A stretch of 56,187 bases of DNA, taken from Octopus bimaculoides. Taxonomy: Eukaryota. The stretch is taken from contig NC_068994.1 of assembly GCF_001194135.2 (NCBI RefSeq), positions 21,920,114-21,976,300 on the forward strand, written 5' to 3'. Shown piece after piece: positions 34,560-48,445 of this stretch; the stretch's first letter is position 1; each line of letters starts with the position of its first letter. Below the pieces are notes generated by a model. The model saw nothing but the letters and a program-made list of their open reading frames with translations, had not been told where the DNA came from and made no database searches. The translations under genes and the position numbers were made by a program.

Positions 34560-34920
34560 TGCAGGGCCACGAAGGTCTTGGCGGCTAGCGGGAAAAATGA
34601 ACAAATTACCTTCTTTACTTTGCAGTAGAAATATTCAGCAGTCAAATCACTACACCCGATGTCGCGATTCGCTAGAATGTCACCCACGTGATAAAATGTA
34701 ACCAATCACGACTTCGCGTGAATTGAGATCCATCCCAACATATCAGATACAACACATGACTGTTGCAAAATCAATGTTCCTCTTTGTGATTAATGCAATT
34801 ATTAAATAGAAATCAATGTTGTACATTATAAATCTAGCTATTTTAGAGAGATAGCTACACGAAGAATAGGGAGGAAAGGGTAACCGGGTGAAAAAGATTG
34901 CTAACAGAAGGTGAGTGACC
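34560..34920. promoter_or_regulatory. Candidate bidirectional promoter with divergent first exons
   Basis: CpG-rich; CACGTG at 34685, CCAAT at 34702; minus-strand donor AAG|GTAATT at 34610/34609 and plus-strand donor AAG|GTGAGT at 34910/34911. Confidence 0.4.
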
Positions 34921-35118
34921 GGAATGACAAAACACGTGGAAAAGTTAGTAACGAATAAAACAGACGAAAAAACAATCGCAGTCAGAGAAGCGCTAAACGG
35001 TGTAGAGATCGTAGAAGTGTTGTAACAATCTAAACATAAATGTCCAAATAGCACACAATTAGCTATTTCAAAAAATTTCAGAAAAATCATTTGGTTAGAA
35101 AATAATGAAGGTCATATC

Positions 35119-35257
35119 TCAGTAACTCCGCCGCGGTCGATTTTGCCTTTCGTCCTTTCGGGGTCGATAAAATAAGTACCAGTTAAGCATTGCGGTTGGT
35201 GTAATCGACTTACCCGCTTCCCCTAAATTGCTGGCCCTGTGCCAAAAATTTGAAATC
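35119..35257 (+). mobile_element. SINE family B, 5'-truncated
   Basis: CORE-like segment and tail match the consensus. Confidence 0.85.
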
Positions 35258-35978
35258 AGTAATTATATTTGTATCGGTCGGGAGGTGGGTCGTGTGAACC
35301 TTTTTCTCACATCTAGCTGCGGGAATGCAGCATAAGTAAACAAAGTAGTAAAGTTAACTCTGAATAGAACAAATATCAAACTTTAGTAAATTCAGGTCTC
35401 TAAAAGCTACTGTAAGCTCTCCAGTTCTCCATAATATGCATACAGACACATATCTAGACCCATACCACTTTGCTGACAACAGCATTCCTTAGTGAAAGTA
35501 ACGTTTAAACAATTTTTGAAAACTTTTTGATTATAAATAACAAAAACTAAAATAAAAAGTGATTATACATCATCTGATGGAGTACAAATGCATAAGAATA
35601 AGTGGACACAGAGTCGTTAATCAATTTAAAAAGCCCCCAAACCATGACATAAACAGAAGCAAAGCATTCCTACCTGTCAACGAACCGATATCCTAGTATT
35701 TTTACTTCGTGAAGTCATGTTTACATTTTGGTAGTTTAGTTTAGGAAAATGCAAGCAAGTTTGTACTACAACTACACGGGAAAATTCCACAGAATGACAT
35801 ATCTACAAAAGATTTTAAAAAATTGAAGGATTAGTGCAAAAATCAGTATTCTAATTGTAAGGGGTTCATTTCATGAGCATGATTCCCTATATATATATGT
35901 CATTATATGTAATAAATTGTCAAAAGCTTGTGGAATAATGTTTGTCGAAGCCGGTAAACATTTTAACAGAATCATCCA

Positions 35979-36034
<56 letters not shown>

Positions 36035-36380
36035 ACAACTGCTTCGAAACCTCCAGCTTTTATACCCATTTATACCAATATACCAATGATAATTAGTGCA
36101 CTTGGTTTTGTGAGTAAATGTCAGTGATAATTGGGATAAGCTAGGGCTTTCAGTAAAAGAAATCAACCAGCTAACTCGCATATTACGAATACAATCAGTA
36201 AATGGAACAGGAAAAATATGCAAAACTTTTCTCAGGTTTAAAATGCGATAGTGTTTTCATTGTCTAGATTTCAACGATGAAACAGTCTTTGTTAGAAACC
36301 AGTTCCTTTCTCAGAGGAAGAATTTAAATAAATAAAAAACAAAAGAAAATATGTATCGATATAAATACACACGCACACAC

Positions 36381-36505
36381 GAGAGGATGCTGAAAAGTCC
36401 CTGGCTTTAAGAGTATCGCGAAAGACCTGGCTGGAGGCCCAATCTTCCAGGTTCTTTTACAGGGCTTAGAAAAGCTGAAGGACCGCTATAATAAGTGTTT
36501 GAAAT
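36381..36505 (+). mobile_element. Partial mariner-derived element, same family as 24321
   Basis: CGAGAGGATGCTGAAAAGTCCCTGGCTTTAA..GGGCTTAGAAAAGCTGAAG. Confidence 0.8.
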
Positions 36506-36810
36506 TGCTCACCTTTTCACCCCATTAACTTTAAAAGGTGCAAACCATCTACCATCTACCACCTACAATCCTCAACACAATGCCGAGAAACTTTTTTTTA
36601 TCTATGAGCATGCATGGAATTTCCATTCTTAAAACCACGCGTATTCCAGAACAGTGACCGTCAAAACAATTTCCTTGTGTGCGCGCGCGCGTGAGTACGT
36701 GTGTATGTGTATTGCTAACTTCATCATTGGTAATCTTATTTCTCAAACAATTGTGATATCTATATGGTCATAATCATTGATCACTAGCTTCAAAATTTTT
36801 AACGTCTATA

Positions 36811-37150
36811 GGCGAGGCTGTGTAGTAAGAAGTTCCGAGTTTAGTCCCCCTGCGTGACACGTTAGGCAACGGTCTTCTGCTATAGCCACGGGTCGACGGA
36901 AACTGAAAGAAGTATGTGTGTGCGTATGCGCGCGTTTGTGTCTGTTTGTCCCCACCACCACTGCCACCACCGCTTGACAACTGGTGTTGGTGCGTTTATG
37001 TTCTCGATACTTAGTGGTTCGGCTAAAGAGCACGACAGAATAAGTACTAGGCTAAAAAAAATCAATAAAACTAGAGTCGATTCGTTCGACTAAAATTCTT
37101 AAAGGCGGCGCCCAAGCATGCGCGCAGTCTAATGGTGAAAGCAAGTAGGT
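36811..37150 (+). mobile_element. SINE family A, diverged with deletions
   Basis: Consensus blocks GACGGAAACTGAAAGAAG, CGCTTGACAACTGG, GAATAAGTACTAGG. Confidence 0.8.
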
Positions 37151-38267
37151 CGAAAAGATATCTAGCTAGCTTGGTAGGAGTACTCTGTTACCAGAGGATT
37201 ATTAATGGATACACCCCTTCATCATTGCCTTCGTCATATTTCAAAGAAAATGCATAGCGTAAGTCTGAAACTGTTTAACATCATACGAGAGTTTGTAAAC
37301 ACTCGCGTCACCGAAGCACAAGCTTCTGCCTTAGATTGTTACTTTTACTTGAAATTATAGTGAAAAGTTTACACCATAGTTTACAGTTTACACCATAATT
37401 TACACTGTAAACCATAAGGTTGCTTAAGCCTTGGAATAACGAAAACTGGAGATTGGGATTAATTGCACGTGATGGTTATTTTCACACTGTAGCTGCACTA
37501 TCGTGTCAAACTTAGTCCACTCTAAATTAAGTATTAGACAAAAATAAATGTGCAAACTATAGGCTACATCGACCTGATTTGATATATGTATTTTGAGGCA
37601 GATATTATCCGATCTAAAAGGAATTACCGTCAGATGATATTTTGGTATACAAAAGAAAATCAGTTTCAGATAATGAACGAATTTATAGGTACAACTGTAC
37701 ACCACGGAATCTTTGTGCTTATTAGAAGTGTGAACACAAAGAAGAGTAAATTTCATGAAACAAGTTAAATATAGATAGAAAAAAAATTAAGGCGGAAAGA
37801 GGGTGAATGAATTCGAATAATAGACGGATTAAAAGGTTACTTAAGATGAGTGTAGTGTGCTAGAGAGAATGTAATATCCGCTTAATACATATCTTGATTC
37901 GACAAGCTCTGGGCCGCACAGTGCTTTCTCAGAAAAATGCTACAATATTTTTCAATATAGTACAGTAAAAATCTGTTTCCATAGAATATAAAAGCTTTCT
38001 GTGGAAGACTGATGGGAATATTATCTGCATGAACTTCAAGGGCTAGGTTGCTATTTAGTTAGATAATTTAGGAGTTAGTTATAGGTTTACTATTGAACTT
38101 AATTACCGACACTGTTTTTGTACATAGGGTAAATGTGTTTCTTTGTTGTAGCTTAATTGATAATGTTAGTGCTTAATCTTCCCTAGAATTAAGATGGAAT
38201 GAATGTAGTGATATATATGGGATGTTTGTTCCCAAACAACACTTATTTTAGTGGTATTGATATCGCC

Positions 38268-38515
38268 GATTGAATGGTACTGCCCAGGTGTCGAAACCAT
38301 AGTGATATCCGTGGGGCAGCTGATGATGGAGGTATGTTGGATTGTTGGTATGCCCATTATTGTATGTGCGGAATAGTTTTATAAGACATCTAGTTGATAT
38401 ATATATATATTCTGCACATACAATAACGGCCATACTAACAAACCAACATACTTCCATCATCAGCTGCCTCACGGATATCACTATGGTTTCGACACCTGGG
38501 CAGTACCATTCAATC
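38268..38515. repeat. Fold-back with 108-bp arms
   Basis: 38268-38375 is the reverse complement of 38408-38515, roughly 90% identical by eye. Confidence 0.9.
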
Positions 38516-38558
<43 letters not shown>

Positions 38559-38829
38559 TGTTTTTGTATTTGTATGTATGCATGCATATATGTTTGTATG
38601 TGTACAATCGAGTATGTCGTATCACCATGCACAATGCTCTCACACACAACTGAGTGTATCTGCATTCTACTCTCACTCCAACATCTCACCCAGGATGTAA
38701 CTGCTGGAGTAAAGGTTGCAAAAGCACTTTAATACTTAGTTACCGATACTGAAAGTAATAAAGCAGAAGTGGACTCGGCGGGATTTGAACTAGAACGCAT
38801 GCGTGCGTGCATTAGTCGTTATAAAATTA

Positions 38830-40330
38830 ATAATGGGTGAGAGGAATAAGACATCGTTCACTGTTGAAACATCTAACTCTTCTGATAGTATATTCTTCCA
38901 ATATTGTAGAATGTCATCAAAATTGTTTCTGCTCTTGTACTTAGATAATTTGTAGAATTGTTAATATTTTTCAGTAATAGGTTCTTCATAGCATTATTTT
39001 GTTCCCTTTATATATGGTGTCAAAATCAGTGTTATATTTTTTCAAGCTACTTATGTAATTGAATAATGGTGTTATATTCTCTTTTCTATACATCAGGAGA
39101 AAGAAGCACGGTCACTTACATTTAATTTTCACCATATCTGTATAGTTTTTTACGCGCTATATTAAACTCTGTTTAATTGGAAGTAACTTTTGCTTCATAC
39201 ATAATCACTTCAGTATTGTATATCCGATTAAGGAGGGTTAAGTTTAATTTTCTGTATGTGCAGTTAACCACAATTAATTTTGTGGGTTTATGTGTTTTTC
39301 ACATTGAGTGATACTGCTGTGACATAGTTGTAAACTTTTTATATTAAATATTTTATTATATCGGTGTTGGGAAAAGGTTATCTTATAGGGCAAGGAAGTT
39401 TTTACATTTAACGCTCAAAAACGGAGTTATAAACTAGATATTTCGCATCCCTTCTTAATATTAGATGACGGAGCAATCCAGTGGCTAATGAATTATTTTA
39501 TATTATAAATAGTTACTTTATTTAAGATTAATATGTTTGATGACAGTTTGGAAACCCTTCTAAGAATATTATTAATCGGGTTTTTGAAATTATGGTTAGA
39601 TAGCAGCAGTCTCTGCAAACTTATATTTTTCACTCAGTTTACCACAAGGCTGGAGTTTGTCTCTGATTAACTGAAAGGTAACTGAAAGTTAGTAATACTA
39701 AGGTTAGTAGTGATAGTTACTTTTAGGCCGAGATTTTTGAAAATATTAACGAAGTTTTTTCAAAAGGTATTTAATATATCTATTTACACATTGAGATATT
39801 AAATATATGGATTTGAATACTGAGATACTGTCAATCTGACATTTATTGTGGTAAATTTCTTGCTGAGTACCCCTCGGATATGAAAGTGAACAAGATATGA
39901 TGTGTCAAACTACATCATATTAACGTTGAAGGAACATGTGGGGTTTGATTTTTTTAACCCAAGCAGAATCTACATCGAAGTGAAAAGTCTAGCGTGCATA
40001 ATGATATCTATGCTATTATTATCTATAATGTTATAAACTCTAGTGAAATCTCGGACATTAGTGAGTGCAAGTTGAGATAAACAGATAAAATTTGACATTA
40101 TCGTATTGTGTAAACTTGGAGTCGTATTTATTATATATATTTAATAAGCTAATTACTCAACTGTTTTTTCCCATTGCTGATGGCTTGTCGGCTTTCTGTT
40201 ATTACTGTGAACTTTGCTTAAAGCTTTCTTGCTAATTATTTTGATCACTGTTTTTGTGGAATTAATTCATCTACTTTTGTGATTGGAAACAAAATTCTCC
40301 TGTGTGGCCATAAAGTGATATAGATTTCGC
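38830..40330 (-). pseudogene. Heavily decayed Penelope-like element (RT plus GIY-YIG region)
   Basis: Minus-strand fragments KIISKKAL..HQQWEKT..FTQYDNVKFY; AWVKKSNPTCSFNVNMM*FD; KNLGLKVTITTNL; RVSKLSSN; RYNKIFNIKSLQLCHS; YEAKVTS, colinear with the 7696-9032 relic. Confidence 0.7.
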
Positions 40331-42656
40331 ATTTAGCAACGCATTCTAATATATCTTCTAATTAAACTCTGTGTGTGTATGTGTGTATGAGAGAGAGAAA
40401 GAGNNNNNNNNNNNNNNNNNNNNNNNNNNNNNNNNNNNNNNNNNNNNNNNNNNNNNNNNNNNNNNNNNNNNNNNNNNNNNNNNNNNNNNNNNNNNNNNNN
40501 NNNNNNNNNNNNNNNNNNNNNNNNNNNNNNNNNNNNNNNNNNNNNNNNNNNNNNNNNNNNNNNNNNNNNNNNNNNNNNNNNNNNNNNNNNNNNNNNNNNN
40601 NNNNNNNNNNNNNNNNNNNNNNNNNNNNNNNNNNNNNNNNNNNNNNNNNNNNNNNNNNNNNNNNNNNNNNNNNNNNNNNNNNNNNNNNNNNNNNNNNNNN
40701 NNNNNNNNNNNNNNNNNNNNNNNNNNNNNNNNNNNNNNNNNNNNNNNNNNNNNNNNNNNNNNNNNNNNNNNNNNNNNNNNNNNNNNNNNNNNNNNNNNNN
40801 NNNNNNNNNNNNNNNNNNNNNNNNNNNNNNNNNNNNNNNNNNNNNNNNNNNNNNNNNNNNNNNNNNNNNNNNNNNNNNNNNNNNNNNNNNNNNNNNNNNN
40901 NNNNNNNNNNNNNNNNNNNNNNNNNNNNNNNNNNNNNNNNNNNNNNNNNNNNNNNNNNNNNNNNNNNNNNNNNNNNNNNNNNNNNNNNNNNNNNNNNNNN
41001 NNNNNNNNNNNNNNNNNNNNNNNNNNNNNNNNNNNNNNNNNNNNNNNNNNNNNNNNNNNNNNNNNNNNNNNNNNNNNNNNNNNNNNNNNNNTACAATTTC
41101 GCACCGTTTATCGTTGATATTTTTCACTCTTTGGTAGCACCAGTGACAAAATCTACTGGGGACAGCTAACGAACATACAGGACTATGACGAAAACCAACA
41201 CGACGAAATAAAATAATTATGATAGTTATACATATACAAAAAAACTTTAAAAAAATGTTGTGTGGCTACCAGACAAAATGTCCTGTAGGACAAGAAATGG
41301 AAAGATAGAAAGTCAGAGCGAAGAAAGAAGTAAACAAACCGTGTAGGAAAGGGGCGAAAAAGCACAAAGAAGCGCGACTGACCTGGTCAACAGCAAAGCC
41401 AAAAAGTGGATGAGAGAGGTTTAGGTGGTCACGAGTCACGTGGTAGCGGGAGGAAAAAGAAAGAGTCGTGAAGGACAGAGAGACAGAAGCAACAGAGGAA
41501 AGAATAGAGGGCGGGGAAGAGAGAGAGAGAAAGGGAGAGAGGAGATAAAAGAGAGGCAAGGAAAGAGAGAGAAAGAGAGAGGGGAGAGAGAGGAGGTAAA
41601 AGAGAGGCAAGGAAAGAGAAAGAGAAAGAGAAAGAGAAATTGTAATGATCTTTTAGATGTTGACTGATGGGGAATTAGCTACGAATTTTCTATTATATTT
41701 TTGTTAAATTTTCCGTTATGCATGTAAAATCTTTGAAACGCACACACACCCACACACACAAGCATGCGCGCACAAACACACACGCACAAACACACACACA
41801 TACACAAAGCAACACAAATGGGGTTGAGGTACCCTACAGCTGTTTCATAGTGTTCTTTTTTAATTATGAACAGATCAATTACATCATGTAAAAAACCGTT
41901 TTCTTCAGGAGAATTAAAATTAAAATAAAAAATTTGACATATAGGATTTTCACATAAAAAAGATAGAATGTATTTAGCATGTATTTTGACTCTTAAAGTA
42001 CATACTAAATACAATCTATGCTTTTTGAAGTCCACATCATATTCGAGGCACCCAACTTCGCGAGTCCACTGCGTCTTATAGCTGAAATCTATCTATCTAT
42101 CTATCTATCTATCTGTCTGTCAGACTGACAGACAGACTGACAGACAGCTAGCTAGCTAGATAGATAGATAGATATTGGCTCACTTTCGAGTTTCACTACA
42201 TTTTGCATTCCATTCTTCCTTTCTTTCGTTTTAATATATAGTGCCTTCTCGTCATAAGTCCCCACGATGACGAAGGTGTACACCATTAGGAAAGTATTGA
42301 AAGCGCAATTCTCCACTTCCCAGTCTTCGCCGAAAGTAAGATGGAAGCGCAGCCGTCCAGGTAACAAGAGAAATTGTATGTGCGCTTACGAATGCGTAAA
42401 CTCTTGTAACACATGTAATACAGCGAGTCGGAGACCTTCGATTAACTTCGATTATTCTTGACATTAGCAGACAAAAAATCTCATTCTCAAGGCGGAGGTA
42501 ATAATAAGACATATGAATAATACTGGAAAAATGGAGATAATATAAATCGACTCTTCTCTAAAAGATATACCTATTCCTCTTTAAAATGTTTATATACATA
42601 TACATACATACATACATACATACATACAAACATACATACATGCATATATATATATT

Positions 42657-42659
42657 TGT

Positions 42660-42745
<86 letters not shown>

Positions 42746-42752
42746 GCGTGTG
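42657..42752. repeat. (TG)n microsatellite
   Basis: Direct reading. Confidence 0.95.
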
Positions 42753-43199
42753 TAAGAAAATCCTTGATAATTCAACACGTGGATGCTAAATTATCAAGGC
42801 ATTACAATTATCCAAAGTTCTGCAATCACTGGTCGTTGCTATTAAACACCTCACCAAAACTTGTAACACCACTTTACTTCTGATAACGTACAATTCACAT
42901 CGGGCAATATGCATTATTAAAAATGCACACAGCAGGCGATACTTTATCAGTATTGCTCTTTGTCCTCTCGTTAAACCTATCATCACCAGCTCAGAAAACA
43001 GTTTTTTTTTTTTTTTGAAATGGATACCCTTACTTCAGAAACATATTTTTACTTTGTGGCCGATCTGCGTGTGTCAAAAGTAATTGGATCTTATTACCTG
43101 ATATTTCTCAAGGATTGAAGGAAATTTTTGAAATCAAATGTGCGTTTTTTAATTTTTTTTTTTTTTTTTTTTGGTAAGACATAGAAAAGTTGTGCCCTC

Positions 43200-44445
43200 T
43201 CGTAAATGATCATGAACAGCTTGACATACCAAACTGTACAGGATATTATGAAGTTTATTTTCATTGGACCATATCGCGCTTATCCCGACACCTAAATTTG
43301 ACCTTCCGAATTCGTCACTGCAATAACTTGATCATAGAGGTGAGAAAAAGTTGGAAACTGCTCGGTGTTACTGGAAATTTGAACATGACAAGTAATTCCC
43401 GTCACCACGAAGTTATAATGGCCTTAAATCTGTATTAACATCATGTGAAGTCCGGATTTTAACACTGAAACATCTTCAAATGAAAAGGCTCGGCAACTAT
43501 TTTGTTGGAATACGAAAATAAGCCATAGTTAGAATAGCTAATAAAGCTTGAAAACACACTTTAAATATAAACTGACACAACGAACACAGGCTATCCTACA
43601 ACAAAATCAAAACAACTAGATATCCTACGACAAAATTAAAACCTAGATCATTTCATTCAGAATAATGTATATGAGTGATTGAAATAAGAAAAAAACAAAA
43701 CGCAGTACTAGGTGAAATAAACTGCACAAAAGCTTGTGATGGAGTACTGACAACTTACCATCTCACCTTGAAAGATACCTTCATTCAATTCAAGAGCAAG
43801 AAATTCCCCACCAAATACCTTCTCACACAAATCATAGAATGTGTCAGCTGAGAACAAATGTAGGTAGGCTATGTAAAACAAAAACTGAAGACCACATCAT
43901 TGCCAACTGATTAAGAATTCCTCTGGATACTATCTTCGCAGTAGCCAGAGCAATCTGGAACAGAGTAAAAACAAAAATTAAAGTAATGAACAACAAATAA
44001 AGATGAACATAAGAAAACGGATGGTTAAAAGAATACTGACTGATCTTGAGAGAAAAGTAGTTATTAAATTAAAATTCAACTAACTCGATGTTGTTAGGGC
44101 CCACAAAATAAAATATCTTTTGTTGTGAAGTTAGCTTCTTACTTGTCGTTAATGCAGCAAGAAAATAGGAGAGAAAGAAGATACTACGGATCATTGATGA
44201 AGAGCCTGCAAATTCAGTAGCCAAAATAATATTCAGCTTAAATCGCTTTCTTATTGGAGAATTTTTGGAGATAGGACGCAACTGCACAATCCATTCGTTA
44301 TAGATAAGATTTTAAAAAAACTCTCATAGTTTAAAATGTGGATGATTGCGTAAAGAATGGCAAAAAGAACAATATTGCGACATGAAAAATGATAGATCAT
44401 TATGAACGCTAAAACTCCATTCAGCAAGAGAATACATACATACAT
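43200..44445 (+). pseudogene. Older decayed R4/Dong-like LINE fragments
   Basis: LGVTGNLNMTSN; YLHSIQEQE; NKC..LCKTKTEDHIIAN; KILRIIDEE, resembling post-RT and zinc-knuckle regions. Confidence 0.55.
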
Positions 44446-44514
44446 ACATACATACATACATACATACATACATACATACATACATACATACATGCATACA
44501 TACATACATACATA

Positions 44515-44985
44515 AAGCACTTGTCCGAAAATGTCATCACGGTATTATCTACCAATGAGACATGATGTTGTAGCTAGGACACTCTATAATGAAATCCGTC
44601 AGAAGGATAATCCCGAGGACACAGTATGGTAGAAGCCATAGCTACTCATAATGAAAAGGAGTACTGATGGAATGTCTCAATGAAGACCTCAATAAAATGT
44701 AAGCACAACAGACCTGATATAATGATTTGGGATAGAGAAAAGAAACTGCGCACAGTTGTGGAAATTAGTTGCCCAGCAGATGTTAACTTCAAGCTGAAGA
44801 TCAGTGAAAAAGAGAATACCTACGCTGAACTATCAAGAAATCTGCAGTTACTCTATCCAGGTTACAAGTTCAGGTTTATACCTGTAATTATTGGGACCCT
44901 GGGATATGTAACACGCTACCTAAATACTAATCTTGAGAAATCAGGCTTCTTAAAATCAGAAAGGAGAAAGCTAATTCGAAGACTA
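44515..44985 (+). mobile_element. R4/Dong-like LINE, RLE domain, 5'-truncated directly after (CATA)n; runs into a gap
   Basis: KHNRPDIMIWD..VVEISCPAD..KISEKENTY (RPD..E..K restriction-like endonuclease motif). Confidence 0.9.
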
Positions 44986-45893
44986 NNNNNNNNNNNNNNN
45001 NNNNNNNNNNNNNNNNNNNNNNNNNNNNNNNNNNNNNNNNNNNNNNNNNNNNNNNNNNNNNNNNNNNNNNNNNNNNNNNNNNNNNNNNNNNNNNNNNNNN
45101 NNNNNNNNNNNNNNNNNNNNNNNNNNNNNNNNNNNNNNNNNNNNNNNNNNNNNNNNNNNNNNNNNNNNNNNNNNNNNNNNNNNNNNNNNNNNNNNNNNNN
45201 NNNNNNNNNNNNNNNNNNNNNNNNNNNNNNNNNNNNNNNNNNNNNNNNNNNNNNNNNNNNNNNNNNNNNNNNNNNNNNNNNNNNNNNNNNNNNNNNNNNN
45301 NNNNNNNNNNNNNNNNTAAAAATTTTTGTTAAAGACAGAAATCTATCGTTGATATTTGATATTTTCTCTGAGACAAATTTGACCAGTTGTCAAAAAAAAA
45401 AAAGGCAAAAAAGAAAAGAAAATACAACAGAAAGTAAAATATTGATAAGCCTTGAAAATATGGAAAAAGAAAAATCTATGATCAGTTAATTTGAGACCTG
45501 TTGTTGCTGCAAAAGGAGGAAGAGCAAACATTTCTAACAGGACTATTGTTTGTTAGCTCGACGCTAACTACCTTATCTGGACTGAGTGTTTGTCAACGCT
45601 AACTACCCGTATAACTCATGTGATTATTTCCGACTGTAGCAACTGTATCCTGGTTGCAGAACTCAATGTATGCCTCTCTTAATCATTAGCCTTATTGGTT
45701 ACATTTACACAGTAGCAATTAAAAGCTTGGGTTTTTAAAGATGACTACATAAACGATAGTGCCATATTCCTCGAATAAAATCGATTAATGAAACATTGAA
45801 AATATGTATTTTCTTGAAGTTATTATTGCCTCACTGTCAATGAATGGTATTTTTAACCGACTTCCTTTCTATCTGCAAATGCGCATGAACAAA

Positions 45894-45912
<19 letters not shown>

Positions 45913-45928
<16 letters not shown>

Positions 45929-45929
45929 A

Positions 45930-45973
<44 letters not shown>

Positions 45974-46023
45974 AGAGAGAGAGGGAGAGAGAGNNNNNNN
46001 NNNNNNNNNNNNNNNNNNNNNNN

Positions 46024-46078
<55 letters not shown>

Positions 46079-46118
46079 AAGAGAGAGAGAGAGTGCATGC
46101 GTGCGCGTGTAGGGATAG

Positions 46119-46153
<35 letters not shown>
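45913..46153. repeat. (GA)n and (GATA)n microsatellites
   Basis: Direct reading. Confidence 0.95.
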
Positions 46154-46174
<21 letters not shown>

Positions 46175-46540
46175 CTTTCCAATATCAGGTTTATAAATTT
46201 GAGAAAAAAAGGAGTATTAACGTCCTCGGTATATCGAAAGTAGATACATATTAAGTTTGTTTGTTCATCATTAAGATAGTAGTACAATCTTCCTGAATAG
46301 ATGAAACTGAGTGGGTCTCAACCATTATGTTGTGACTCCTTTCACTCGCAGCATGTTTTCAAAATTGAGAAAGACAATTCAAACGAAAAGCGCGATGGTT
46401 CGTTATTAATATTTTCTTACAATATTCCAAACGGCATTTGTCACTTTCTAGATAACTTTGTGTATTAATGCCTCTTTTGGCGATTCTCTATGGAATACTA
46501 AAAAAAAATGAGGACTTCTATAATTATAATTTTTATATTT

Positions 46541-46870
46541 CATTTGTTTCAGTCATTAGACTGCAGCCATGCTGGGGCACCACCTTGAAGAATTTTTAGT
46601 CCAATGAATCGACTGCAGTATTTTTTTAAAGCCTGGTACGTATTCTATCGAAATCTGTAGCCGAACCGCTATGTTACGTGGACGTAAACACACCAACACC
46701 GGTTGTCAAGCGGTGGTAGGGGATAAACACACACAAACACATAGATATGTATACATACACGACGGGCTTGTTTCAGTTTCTGTCTACCAAATCCACTCAC
46801 AAGTCTTTGGTTGCCCCGAGGGTATAGGAGAGGACACTTGCCCAAGGTGTCACGCAGCTACGCCTACGCC
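46541..46870 (-). mobile_element. SINE family A with head deletion
   Basis: Reverse complement of the consensus. Confidence 0.85.
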
Positions 46871-46873
46871 TAT

Positions 46874-46874
<1 letters not shown>

Positions 46875-46937
<63 letters not shown>

Positions 46938-47432
46938 TGTTGTTGTAGGCATCCGTCGGTCTCGGGAGGCCATGGATCTGCACTCGCAGAAATCGTTTTA
47001 TCTGCGGATGGTGGTGCAGCGTCTGATGTGGCTGTAGAGGCCCACACGGGAGTGACAGTCACGCATACAACGACTGCATTTAAAGGAGCTCTCTGCCGGT
47101 GCTACTGGCTTTTCCTTCCGTTGAGTGCGCTTTTCTTTGGTGGCAAGTCCCTGTTTTTCTTCCCTTCGTTTCATCCCCTTTCGCAGTATTTGTCTCCAGC
47201 GTGGGCGATCATTTGCATCCTCCTCCCGTCTCAGGACGTCCAGATCAAGTGACTTCATATCTCTCTTGCAGACGTCCTTGAAACGAAGATGAAGTCGTTC
47301 TCGTGCTCTTGTGCCGGTGGCCAATTCCCCGCACAGGAGGTCTTTTGGGAGCCTCCCGTCCGGCATGCGATGTACATGACTGAGCAAACGCAGACGACGC
47401 TACTGGAGCAGGGAGTATATTGGGTTTACCAT
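46875..47432 (-). mobile_element. RTE-clade (BovB-like) LINE 3' end with (CAA)n(CTA)n tail
   Basis: RRLRLLSHVHRMPDGRLPKDLLCGEL..RFKDVCKRDMK..FKCSRCMRDCHSRVGLYSH; 3' UTR GACCGACGGATGCCTAC followed by the microsatellite tail. Confidence 0.9.
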
Positions 47433-48319
47433 TATTTGCGCATGTAAATAGGAAATTTAAGAACAACAAACACTATGACTGAAATTTAAATTAATGAATT
47501 ATTAGCTTTATAGCTGGTCTTAAGAAATGTAGCACATATATAAGTATTTGGTTACCTTAAAAGCAAATGGAAAATAATTTAAGGTATTTAATGAATTATT
47601 ATATTTAAAAAACAATATTTAATTATTGAAAACTAACTTTAAGTATCGCTCTTGGTTTAAATGTGTTATTTCTAAGAAAAATCGTGTCCTCTCTAAACAC
47701 TCAGCTCCCCTATAGCACCACCTTAACAATTTCAGTCCTTTCAGGCTTCATAACGCTCATAAGAATCAACTGTCCTTAAGAATCACAGTTCAAATCGATC
47801 CTAACTGCACCAGCAACACATATGTTCAAGTTAAATAAAGAGTATCTTCAACTTAACTTATTTGCTTAAAAAAAGAAAAGAAAAAAAGAATAGATGTTAC
47901 CAGTATTAATCATAAGGATATGGTTAGGCCATGTGAAGTGTACAATAGTGATATATGGAACTAGCTGTAACAGCGTGCCAGACTAAATGCAGAACAACAT
48001 TCCGTCTATTTTGTTGGCGTGTGTATATAAAAAAATCTGGATATTTTATCAAACTGGACACTTTAACGGTGTACGGCTATGTAGATCGATGATGAAAAGA
48101 GGTGAATTCAATTTACGGAACCATTATTTGGCAATCATAGAACAATCATCTGCAAGCGTGTGTTGTAGGTCATTATGAAACTCAGCAGTGTGCCGTGAAC
48201 GACTAGTATGAGTCAGCTGTGTGTCAAACTGCAGAAGCAGTTCATAATGTTTTGTAAATGTGTTTGATAGTTTCTTGCACAAGCGAAATATATTCGGCAT
48301 AATATTGATTTCTAATATT

Positions 48320-48445
48320 GGCACAAGGCCACACAGTTTTGGAGAGAGTGGTAGAATAGATTAAACTGACTCCTGTGCTTGACTTATCAATTCCAGAAAG
48401 ATGAAACCCAGTGTGATTTGAATACAGAACATAATAGAACGTAAT
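48320..48445 (-). mobile_element. SINE family B fragment
   Basis: TTGGCACAAGGCC..GAAAGATGAAA..GATTTGAA. Confidence 0.5.

Noticed and set aside
40333-41169. Long ORFs of 240-270 aa (also at 21430, 29178, 32179, 51322)
   Set aside because: Open only because they cross N gaps
41835-41846. GAAACAGCTGTA hammerhead-like stem III on the minus strand
   Set aside because: No intact CUGANGA or closing stem II upstream
42240-42370. Candidate first exon MEAQPS with CAG|GTAACA donor
   Set aside because: Signals too weak without transcript evidence
46671-47252. 193-aa plus-strand ORF with poly-Ser
   Set aside because: Antisense of a SINE, the (CTA)n tail and the RTE fragment
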